A stretch of 64,000 nt of DNA from Tubiluchus corallicola (taxonomy: Eukaryota; Animalia; Priapulida). The stretch covers positions 620,001-684,000 of the forward strand of contig JAQGDQ010000006.1 in the NCBI GenBank assembly GCA_030141605.1. The letters are read 5' to 3'. This document shows, one piece after another, positions 13,001 to 24,420 of this stretch (within the stretch, counting starts at the first letter, position 1; each line of letters begins with the position of its first letter). The position numbers were made by a program, and so were the translations under genes. Below the pieces are notes generated by a model. That model made no database searches. It was given only the letters and a program-made list of their open reading frames with translations, and was not told the origin of the DNA.

Positions 13001-16000
13001 TATTATAACAATGCATCTACCAAAATAAAATATCTGCTAATTAGTATTATTTTAACAATGTATTGTTTGCTAATTTTGTTAACGCAGTGTAATTTATCTT
13101 ATGACATCAATTAAATTAGTCTAGTCCTTGGTTAGACTTCCGTAGGACATTAGTGGCACTATTGCACTGCATAAAAAACGTGGGTAGACATCCCAGAATG
13201 GTGGCCGCTCAGCTTTACAGCTATTTTTTGAAGTTAGAAAATTGCCTATTTTGAAAGAGATTAATTTTTGTTTATTTCAAATTTTATTAAAACCAAGCCA
13301 ATTGTAAGGTTAGTTTCATTGCTATTATGCCAATTGAAAATCGTGAAATAAGACCACTATTTTCAGGATAACCAACAACATGGCTACTGCTAGCTTGTAA
13401 AAGCCTTGTCTTAGCTACTGAAGCAGATAGCAGGCTGATTTTATCTCAAAATATAAGTTTTCAGGGTGTAGCAATCCATATCTGGTACTTAAAAGCTATA
13501 ATATCCCCTATCTAAGGTGTCAAGATGGCAATTTGTTTGTCTATTTTTGAAATTTATTTAATTAAAAAAGATGGCAGTGCTAGAGTGGCACTTAAATTTT
13601 GCTCCAAGTTCAAAAACTAATCTTCGTTCAAGACCCAATATTAATAGTGAAATTGTTAGTATTGCATCTTTCTACTTGCTTGTATTGTTTAGGTGAAGAA
13701 AAACCAAGAACAAGTGATTAAAATATACACATAATTAGTAAAAAAATTTACGTAATGGTATTTACAGTGAGATGAGTAAGCAGATTAATTACATTAGTTG
13801 TAATTCCAAATAATACTATCTACAGACTTATTAAAAAAAATTTATTAATGAATCTGCTTGCTGCAGCTGATCCAAGCAACCAGGGTAAGCAAAAAACAAA
13901 CAAACACTGTGCCTTGAGATACACCATACTAGTGGATTTCTCAGCATCAAACATCACACATGTATGCTAGCTTTCACTTCTTGTGCCAACCATATAGTTA
14001 TCAAGATTTTCAACATTTTTGAATTACTTTTTATATATAAGATTCAATGTGTTTTTGATAGGCATGAAATTCCCAAAACATTTGAAAATTTATTGTACCA
14101 AGTCATGAATATTTGTGACTACTAATTCTGATAATTATAATTATTTTATTTTTATTGGTTTTAAATTATTATATTTATGTAGCAAATTATTGTTAAATAA
14201 CTCAGTTTTCTAATGCCTTGCTCCAGCTTTCACAGACTTTAATTTCTGCGTGGTTGTAATTTTACAGCAGGTCTAGACATAACCAGATGTTTTTCTTGTG
14301 GTGCGTTTTATTGCAAAAAGCTTTTAGGTTTAAATTCTTTGCTGTGTGTGTGTGCACTATACTGAAGAAAATATTATGTCTGCACTTGGCTGAGTGTGTG
14401 CAGGAAAAGCCAATTTCTTATTTGCACTTCCTGGGATGTATAAGATTATAAATTTCATGGTCGTACTTCTATAACGTAGAGGGATGGATGATATAACCTT
14501 AATGGTTTAACTGGGAAAAAGTTTTTCATGTTGTTTGATTAACTGCACCTGCCCTTTTGCATACAATTGCTTATTACATGAAAAACACCTTTTTTGACAG
14601 AACAAATTTTATGCTTGAAATGCAATGAGCTACACTGCACTTTAAGGTTTTGGTGGAGACCGTACATTTATTATATAATAATTATTGTTGTTTTTACCCT
14701 TTGGATTTTTTTTTGAAAATTCTGGCTCAAATAATTTATCACTCTGTATAAATAAAAATTTAGCTATCCATTTTAGTTCAATATATTATTTCAGATAGAT
14801 ATAATATTATAATTTTATAAATTGAACAAACTTTTAGGCCTGAATTATCAGGCAAAATTTGTCGAATTCTGGCCAAAATAGAACAACCTTATCATTGCAT
14901 GCATAAACTAATCCAGAATGCAAGGCGTTCGGGTATTCGCTTGCTGCACACGTACATTTGCTTGCACAATTATAAACCTACAACTGCCAGATGCCTATAT
15001 ATTTCATTTGGAACACGAATTACAGTTGCCATGGATCCGTTTTTTGTAAAATAGCATGTAACTCAAATAGAATCCCATTTCTTCTTCTCTGTAAAATTAA
15101 CTGCTTTGGATAATTAGGCACTTGTTGTACCATCCTTTGCTTTCATAATAAGGTCATAGTATTTAATTACAAAAATATGTGTAATTTCCAAACTAGGTGC
15201 ATCTTATATTTGTGCACAAAGGCAAATTTTCTGGGAGCAAAAGAGTAGCTTTTCGTTAGCAAGAAATAAATTGGTCTATTGACATATCATATTTCATTGT
15301 ATTACTCCACCATAAAATTTAGCTCTGTTATTTTTTAGTGTTAATGAATAACAATTTCCTCATTTTTTAATTTGTGTAACTGCAGTTGTGTCTAAGCCAA
15401 ACATTATGGTCAGTAACAGGTAAAATATTTTTCAGGACTGCGATGCCAGTGCAACCAGTGTGATAACGGAAGTAATAATAGTTGCGTGACAGACGGACTG
15501 TGTTTTGCGGCCGTTGCTAGAGATGGGAACACCGACTCAATCTTGTATTCTTATGGGTAAATGCTAATTGTAAACTTTAATATTTTTGAAAACTTTTAAT
15601 TAGCTATGAAATATAAGTATTGGTGGCAGAATACACAATTCTTTGATGCTGCATGTTCACGTGTTCTTTCTCTAATAAAATTCAATTTTAAGAAATATAA
15701 TAATTATGTGATTGTTTATTTCGTTATTAGTTGATCGCTTTGCTATTAAGATTATATAATTTCCTAATTAACTTCATATTGATTAAGTTTTATCACTTTC
15801 ACACATATTAAAGAAATAACTGAACAGTTTTCTTCTATCAGTTTTTGTAAACATATTTTCATTTTAGTAACATAGCTAATTGATTATTACTTATAAAAAC
15901 CTATATACTAACAAGTCCACTTTTTTCTTCTCATGTTTCTACTCCTATATGCAGAACTGCTGCTTATAAATTCATGTTTTTCCCTAGGCCTGTAAACTGA

Positions 16001-19000
16001 CTTTTAGTTAGTTCCTTGTTAACTACAATTACACCCACTTTGAGAAAAACATTTATAGATGCCTCCTACTTCTAAGCAAATTAGTTACAAGAATTCTCTT
16101 TTTCTGTACTCGTATTCATATTTTCACTTTTTTATTGAAGTGCTTTACCAGACTGGCCACTAACCTTATTCTGAACAGTTTAGCAAATTATTTTTTCATT
16201 TATTGTAGGTGCTACAGTAAAGATCTTTTGTGGCCTCCGGAAAATCCCATAGTGTGCAACAGCAATGAAAAGCTGCAAGATAGGCAGGAAGTTCAGTGCT
16301 GTGATAGCAATGATTTTTGTAATAAAAAATTTGTGCCCACTTTAGCACCATTAACAACGCCTAAAGGTAATTTTTTACACATAGTGCCATAGCTCATTAT
16401 TTGTATAAGAGATGTTTGAATTTGTTTAACATTTGTTTATGCTATGGAGTTGCTTAGAACAGAGTTGTGGAAGCAAACTTACTGCAATAATTATCCACCT
16501 GGTGCCTGCAAAAAAAGTTGAGATTTGCATATAAGTAATTTTAGAACAAGCTTATGTAGTTGTTTAGTTTTACAATACATTTCCAACATCTGTTAATGAA
16601 TGATTTTACTGATTTTGACTTCTAGAACAGGTGTACTCATATGTTACATTGACTTATACTAACGAAATTGACTTCAATACACTGCATGTTTAACTAATTC
16701 TTCCTAGTACTAGAACCGTTGAATTAATTAAAGGTGTGTTACATGGTAACATTAGTATGGTGCTCTAGTCTGCACTGTGTAGAATTCTTGATCATCAAAT
16801 GTGAAATTTTGCGTAAATGAAACACTGTAAAACATGGATTCTGCATACTTGTAGATGGCATTATCAAGCCACTTTATGTATCACATTCACCAGAAGGTTG
16901 CTAATAACTAAACATATGAGGTAATTTCATTAGTGAAAGTAAGCACTAAGTTTATACATTAAATTGGAATCCTGTCAGTTATGTATCTTTTTTTTTGTAG
17001 TTTCTACAGTTGATCGTTTATCTGGTGTGGAGATCGGATTAATTATTTCTGCGCCTGTAATTTTTGCTTGTGCTATTATTCTTATTGCACTATATATATA
17101 TCAGCGTAGAACTGTTCACCAGCCTTTTCAACTAAATCATTATGACTGTGAACAGAACTTTGAAAATGATAAGGGAATCCTTAGATCTTTTGGTGGATCA
17201 TATTTAACCGACTATATTTATGACTCTACAACAAGTGGGTCGGGTTCAGGTGAGTGTGACTCATTCTTGCCTACTGATTCTTTTATATGAAAATAGAATA
17301 TGTTAAACCAAATTAGCATTTTTATTACAATATTTATTCTCTTTGGTAATCCATATTGCCACTATAAACTAATGTGTCTGTAATAAATTACAGAGCTATT
17401 TTGATGAATTCTTTTGATGATTCTTAAGCAATTCAGCATGACAGCACTTTCCAACCTAAAATATATAATTTATTAGCTGACAGTTTATGGTTTAATATCT
17501 ACAGTCTCTATATTATCATAGCTGATGACAATTTTTAACCATTTTTCCCATTATAATGGAATGGTAAAATTGTTGGTAGTACAGGTTAATTCCTTGTAGT
17601 AGATGTATTTTCGAACCATGGGAAAGCCTTTACAGTTGACGTTATTAATATCTTAAATAGGTTTGTTTCTGTAATATAAGTCAGGTTATACTGTTAGGAA
17701 TTCAATTTTTATGTCTTCTCTGTCATTCAATCACAATTCAAATATGAAGAGCAGGAATACTGATTTTTGTTTTAGGTTTGCCCTTGCTAGTTCAAAGAAC
17801 TATAGCTAGGCAAATCAATCTGGTGGAAAGTATTGGTAAAGGCAGATATGGTGAAGTGTGGAAAGGCCGTTGGCGAGGCGAATATGTTGCAGTCAAAATC
17901 TTTTCATCTCGTGACGAGTGTTCGTGGGAGCGAGAAGCTGAGATTTATCAAACTGTAATGTTAAGACATGAAAACATTTTGGGCTTCATTGCTGCAGATA
18001 ATAAAGGTAATAAGAGAAAAATTCTTACGTGTTAAGGAGTAAGAACGTGCTTTGCAGCTGCCTTAATTTTGCTTTTGTGTTTTTGATAATACACTTGAGT
18101 TCAGCTTTGCTTGTTGTTGATTCGTTAATTGTATGATGTTTCAGACAATGGCACCTGGACTCAGCTGTGGCTGGTAACAGATTATCATGAGTTTGGCTCA
18201 TTGTTCGATTACCTACACATCTATCAAGTAGATGGAATTGATTTGGTTAAATTGGCACTTTCTGCATCTAGTGGACTTGCGCACTTACATATGGAAACAA
18301 TAGGAACCCAAGGTAACTAATGAATGTTTTAAACTGTGCAAGTTAGCTCAAGTTAATCAGGCATGTGAGAGGGTTTTTGAGTAGAGGCCAGAGCTGTGCC
18401 ATTTCAGCTGAGTTCCAGCCAGTTTATTTTTACAGTCGACATAGCCAATAAGAAACCGCGTTAGTCGCGCCAGCCGCTCAGTGATGGGAGTCCGGCTGCC
18501 CGATGCTATCATTTAAATTCATCGAATTAAATTTTATCATTTGTCAGCTAATCAAGTGATTACCTCTCTTCATTTTAATTTGTTTAGGTAAGCCAGCTAT
18601 TGCACACAGAGATGTAAAAAGCAAAAACATGCTTGTGAAAAAGAATGGTACAGTTTGTATTGCTGATCTAGGCATGGCAGTGAGCCATGACTCCACTACG
18701 GACACAATCAACATGTCACGAAATCCTCGTGTTGGTACGAAACGTTACATGGCGCCAGAGGTTGGTTTTTCATTAATCTTTTTAAAAGAAAACTTCCTTA
18801 TTTTTTACTGTACCTTTGCAACTTGACTTAAGTTTTATACAACATGTTTCTCAAAATCAGATTTTATTAGTGATTTAAGTAAACACAAAGTGCAATTTAA
18901 ACTGTAACACGTCACAAAAAGTAATATGTGGTACGTCATACATGCTAAGTTTGAGATAGAACATGTCTTTATCTTGAGTTCCCGCTACTTTAAACTTCTC

Positions 19001-22000
19001 GTCTTTGGCTAACTTTATATATTCTTGGGAAAAAAACTTAAATGTTTTTCGCCAACAGTATAAATTAGTATAACATTGGAATTACTAAACATTGTGTTGA
19101 AAAGTTACTTAAACAGTGCCTAACTTGCATAAAAATTGTGCTTCTTAGCAGAGCTAAAGGCCATTTTTGTATTGTTAGGATATTTAGCAGGAAACAGAAA
19201 ATCAAAACCAATGAAAGAAAGTTAGTCAGCAAATTTTTAGTTAAAGTGTTAAAGATGTTGAAATCATTCATGAAACTGCACAAAGAAGAGTGGAAACTGA
19301 GATATTTATTATAATGCAGGAATGATGTTACACCAGTGATAACATAAGAGGCACTATCTATCAGGTTTTAAATTCATTTCTAAAACGTTCAATGTTAACT
19401 ATATTAGTATAGTGCTTTGAGCATTCAATTAACATCAGCTTCATGTGAAATGAAGAATTTTCTGATACATCACCACTACAGCACTGGAGCTAAGTATGAC
19501 TGATTTTGTTTTGATTTTACTCCTCTTTTTACATTATTTCCCATGGAAGGCATGGCTTCCTTTAACGTCATTTCACTTAGCACCATCACGCATTAAGAAT
19601 TGTTAAACAAGGGCTTATTTTAGTTTTAGCTGCCAAACTTTGACAGTATCACAAACCAGAAATCTCACGTTTCAGATCAACTTGTACTGTGGCTAATTTA
19701 TTTTTGCAAAAATACTAGATGAAGTGTGCTTTTAAGTTTTTTAAGATTTTTTGGACATTCACACATTTCATTTACTTCTTTTTACGATGAACGCAATATT
19801 ATTTATAAAAAAATTTTATTCGTGGTATTCTTTGTGAAAATTGGCTGATTCTTGATATAAGGAATTTTTTAGTAAGTCAGCTAGCATCTTTTATCATGTG
19901 CTTTAGTATGATACTGATGTCAATTAGAAGCTCATTAATTCTGATTGCAATGCCCGTCTTCTGGGGCAGATAATTTGGTATATCATAGCGTGTTACAAAG
20001 ATTTTATACGATGAATAAAACTTTCATTGTGATTTTTTAATTCTTTAAAAATTATCTAGCTTATGATGCAGCAAGTCATAAACTTTGGTATTTTTGTAGC
20101 TTCTATGCAATGCATAAGACTTCTCACTGTATGCTAAATCATGCGTTTGATGTAGGCACCTATCAGAATAGTGAAGAAAATACAGTTGTAAGATAAATGC
20201 ATTTTATGCGCCACCTGGAGCAGGTTTGTATTCTCTTCTAAAAACTTTTATCAGTCTTTTATGTATGAGTAATTATTTTTTAGGTCTTGGATGAAACTAT
20301 CAATGAAGCACATTTTGATTCATTCAAGAGAGCTGATGTTTATTCTTTTGGTTTAGTTTTATGGGAAATTTGTCGACGCTGTAATATTCAAGGTATAACA
20401 ATTTTTGCTTTGCAAAATGATGTGATGTCTTTGAATATAGTTTATCAATTGAACATAGTTTTGTTGCAGAACTATATATAGAATATATAGTTCTTCAACA
20501 AAAGCATTATGAATATCAATTTTTTCTTATTAGGTATCTGCGAAGAATATCAGCTGCCATATTTTGACATTGTACCAAATGATCCTTCATTGGAAGACAT
20601 GCGCAAAATGATCTGCACAAACAAAGCAAGACCTTTAATTCCTAATCGCTGGACGCAGAATAATGTACGTAATCGGTGAATTAGCTTACATTACCAGAGT
20701 TTGTTAACATCAACGTGGAAACTGTCATTGTATAAGTGATTCATACCCTGTGATTCTGTAAATAATGAAAAATGGCAAAACAGTTGCTTGCTGTTCAGTC
20801 ACTGGCTAGCAGCAAGCAAGATTTTTGCATATGCGCTAGTAATAAGTGCAGTCCCTGTGATATCTGAAAAGCATTATCAAAACTTGTAACTTCTTTACAC
20901 TCAGTAATGTAATCATAACCCTTCTGCTATGATGTTAGCTTCGGGAAAGAAGCGTGCATACTGTCAACAGGCATTAACTACTTCGACAGATTGTGCATTT
21001 TTGAGCGTTTGTGCTGGCAGAGGTTAGCACAGATAATGAATAGTATCCTATAACTCACTTTCGGTAGTTCATATTAATGTGACATATAATGGTATAGGCA
21101 AAACCTTGTATTTCTCTTTTTCATTTTTAATGTTCATGCATAAATTCTGTTTGATTCATAAACTTTTCAATGTTTTAAGTTTACAGTGCAATTTTAAATT
21201 AGAGGAAAGAGTGTCCAAATAAGCCATGACTACAATGTTTCAGGATAGTGCAATGACTAAATTTATATGCACACAGTAGGTATAATCTAAATTCCAGCAG
21301 TGTTTATGCACCTGCTCCACCTATTGATTGTGCCATTATGTCTTCCACATTTCAACTAAATGTGTGGTAGCATTCAATGCCATCTAATTACTCTTTTGCA
21401 CTAAATTTCCTGGGGCAATCACCAACATCCCTGTTGAACTGCAGTGGCATTATTAATGTGCTGTTCAAAATGGTTGTAATTATTGACACTTGCTCGAAGG
21501 TTTTTATCGCATAAAGATTCCTTTCTGAGTATGTTTAGCACTGTTGTTCATAATTATATAGTCCACAAAATCAGGTTTTCCAAGTGAACAGATGCTAACT
21601 TCTGTTACTTTTTGAATACTTGTGGTAGATAAAGAGAAAGAGTTTATGATACCAAAAATCTGTCAGTTACGAATGATTGATATTACTGTAAAAAATGATC
21701 TGAAATAGTTTGGATAATCTAAATCAGTAATCGAACATCTGTTAATAAAGCTGTTGGTATATGAATCCGTGGCTAGAACTCCAACTGCTTCTCTATTCTT
21801 ATGTCATTTTTTTAAATATTAATATGAACAGTCAAATCTTGTGTTAATCCGTGTTGATGCCATTTTTGTCACTGCTGTTATTTTCTTTGCTGTTTAATGT
21901 TTCTGTCATCATCAAGTTGTTGATGAAAGTGATTAGTCATTAGATAATGGTAAGACGGTGATAACAATTATGACAACGATGACGAGAACAACGATTTGCA

Positions 22001-22376
22001 ATTTGTTTGGTAATGATGATGATGATGATGATGATGTAATTCTTCCTTCAAACAGCCTCTATATACACCACAGTTTTGCAGAACATTGCTATTAATTAAA
22101 TTGTTGTTCTACTACTGGTAACATAAATTAATGATGTGAATTCAAATAAACATGAATATTATTGCATGTAAACGTTTGAATTGCAGAATCTTATTTCTTT
22201 TCATGAACTTTCTGTCTCACTTATTGGATTACATGTATTTTATTCAGATACTTGGTGTGATGTGCAAGGTGATGAAAGAATGCTGGTACCACAATGGTGC
22301 GGCAAGATTGACAATGCTGCGTGTAAAGAAAACCATTTCAACACTTATACCGTCTCAAGATATAAAGAACATATAA
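10048..22376 (+). CDS. TGFBR1: TGF-beta/activin type I receptor Ser/Thr kinase, ALK4/5/7 (Baboon) class, ~513 aa
   Basis: Coding exons 10048-10120, 15436-15556, 16209-16366, 17001-17249, 17776-18006, 18145-18312, 18588-18760, 20284-20392, 20534-20664, 22248-22376. All introns are GT-AG with matching phases; total 1542 nt. Signal peptide [25 protein letters not shown], Cys-rich ectodomain with Cys box [11 protein letters not shown] helix, GS box [29 protein letters not shown]45 loop ADNKDNGTW (Smad2/3 type), [20 protein letters not shown]. The symbol is for the co-orthologue group TGFBR1/ACVR1B/ACVR1C. Confidence 0.96.
12595..12720 (+). repeat. Degenerate CAG/CAA-rich simple repeat in receptor intron 2
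   Basis: aagaacaagaac...gcagcagcagcaaaacagcaacaa...gcagcacaacagcaac; no flanking splice sites used. Confidence 0.6.
21955..22036 (+). repeat. (GAT)n / (ACA-ACG) simple repeat in the last receptor intron
   Basis: aatgatgatgatgatgatgatgatg at ~22012-22036, with a degenerate upstream extension. Confidence 0.75.
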
Positions 22377-22443
22377 CATAGTTATTATTCAAGTGTATTT
22401 CATCCGCCAAAAGAGCTAGCATAAACATCCTGCAGACATATTG

Positions 22444-23551
22444 AACCTAGAAAAATGTTTGTTTCCGGTTGGCGATTGACTGTACCATTCAAATCTTCAA
22501 ATTATCTTTCTATATTCATCAAAGTAGATTTTTATTTTGCCTCCCATTCATTGAACAGATTCAAGCTTTATACAGCCACTTCTATATTGCAAAGAAAACG
22601 ACCAGCGTTTAACTTGATAACCCAGTAGTTTTCAAAATAATGCTGCAGCTATCAGATGCCACTAAATGCACATTGTGACTTATAATGAAACAATCTGATA
22701 GTGATTCTTAATACAATCACAACAAAGCCAGCTGTAAATACTAATGCAGATGTTTGTCTTTATTTGACTGGCTATGTCAAAAAGAAAACACTGTTTTCCC
22801 TGTTGATCAAATGTAGGAATTTGAATTTCTGTAAAAGTAGTAAAAATAAGCCTCTCAAAGCATTTGATTTTCCAGTCAGTTTGGGGCTTGGCATGGTTTC
22901 TATTTAGTGCTTTTCAAGTAACCTGACGACTATGTCAAAATCTAACAAGCAGAACATGTTAAATTAAGGGACACAAGAAACTGATTTGAAACTTATGCAA
23001 TGGAAAAACTGTTTTAGTTCGTCTACCTGTAGTACAGCTACATGTAGTACAAATTCCCATTGTAAATTGCTAAAAACAAACTGTAGTAAAAGCAAAATTA
23101 ATAGATGTAAAAAAAATAAAATTAAACAAAAAAACATATAATATTAAGAAACTTCTTATTATTTTTCACATTCAGTTATACAGCAAAATGTAAATGATTT
23201 GTTGATAAGAGTACCTTGGACACATTGCTGAAACTCCTGGAGTGGCACCTGTTCTCATGATCACTGCCCAATGGCCAGTGTTAATGTTTACAGCTACATG
23301 TTCATATGCTGGTTTATTCATTTTAATTGAAAAAAAAAGAAAATTCAAGCTCTTATTAATTAGTTAAAAATGAATTTCTATATTTCTTTAATAAAAATTA
23401 CCTAATAAGACTTGATAATCTAGCTAAAAATCTGCTTTTGCATCAATGTAGTCGCACGGCAAAAAATAAGTAAAAAATAAAATAAAAAGGCTGCCCTACC
23501 TACTCATAGCGTAAAATGGCAAAAAATCGGAAACAAACAATTTTTTAGGCA
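22444..23551. mobile_element. Inverted-repeat pair (MITE-like termini, possibly PIF/Harbinger type) just downstream of the receptor stop codon
   Basis: cctagaaaaatgtttgtttccgg (22446) matches the reverse complement of tcggaaacaaacaattttttagg (ends 23549) at about 20/23 positions. This could be one element or two opposed copies. Confidence 0.45.
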
Positions 23552-23588
23552 TTGTGATATAATGTTAATGCATAGCATTATGATTTAA

Positions 23589-24420
23589 AAGGGGAATGGA
23601 AGCACTCTGCAAAGTCTGTACGGTTTATGTTATTTTCCATGCAGCATAGTTGAAAATCGCTTACTTGTTAATGTGGTCTAAAGCTTTGTTTTCCCAGGAG
23701 AAGCAGTTAAATGCTTTTTTGCTGCAAAAGCAGCCTGCACTCCATCTTGATTTTCAACTGGCATCACGTCACTGGCTTTATACACCTGAAGCGAGCTGTG
23801 CACAATAGCCTATATCAAAATTTACTAGGTTGATATATGGCTTTAAATCGTAATTACGAAGTGCAACCTTACACAACTACCATGCGCCGTACAGTATTAT
23901 ACCTTTGGATATTTGTTGAAATATTAAAACACAGTAGCCGTAAATCATTTATTCAAACGAATAAGTTTAAATTTTGCAAAAATGAGATTTCATTTCATTT
24001 AATAGAAATTTTGTTTCTCAGGCGTGACATTGACAACGCTCTACACAACCAATAACTGCAAAAAAGTAGGGATTTCAATGGATTGCTCCCGAGATTAACA
24101 GTTGTTGTACTTCATGTACAGCATAGGTATAAAGATTTTTTCTTGCTGATAACTGGCTTAAATTTTACAAAGCAAGTCCAACTTCTACACTGTATTCCTG
24201 ATCATTCATGCTCATGACGTCACAATCAGCAGCGCACATTTCAAAATCAGTACGGTGAAAGCCAGTCTGTTTTACGGTGAGAAATTTGGGAGATCAGTAG
24301 TTGCTTACAACTTAACAAGGTTTTAAATTCAGTGAAAAGATATCTGCTTTTCACTTGCACTGTAAGAACTTGTTACAAGATAATGTAGACCTTATCTTGT
24401 AAAGTGCTTCCATTCCTGCT
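23589..24420. mobile_element. Kolobok-type non-autonomous element with TTAA TSD
   Basis: ttaa|aaggggaatggaagcactctgcaa ... ttgtaaagtgcttccattcctgct|ttaa: TIR of about 24 bp, RR terminus and TTAA on both sides. Confidence 0.75.

Noticed and set aside
15557-17000. Baboon-like mutually exclusive Cys-box exons
   Set aside because: I found no second CC-x4/5-CN exon with suitable splice sites in the flanking introns; the tgctgc at ~15958 is followed by a stop.
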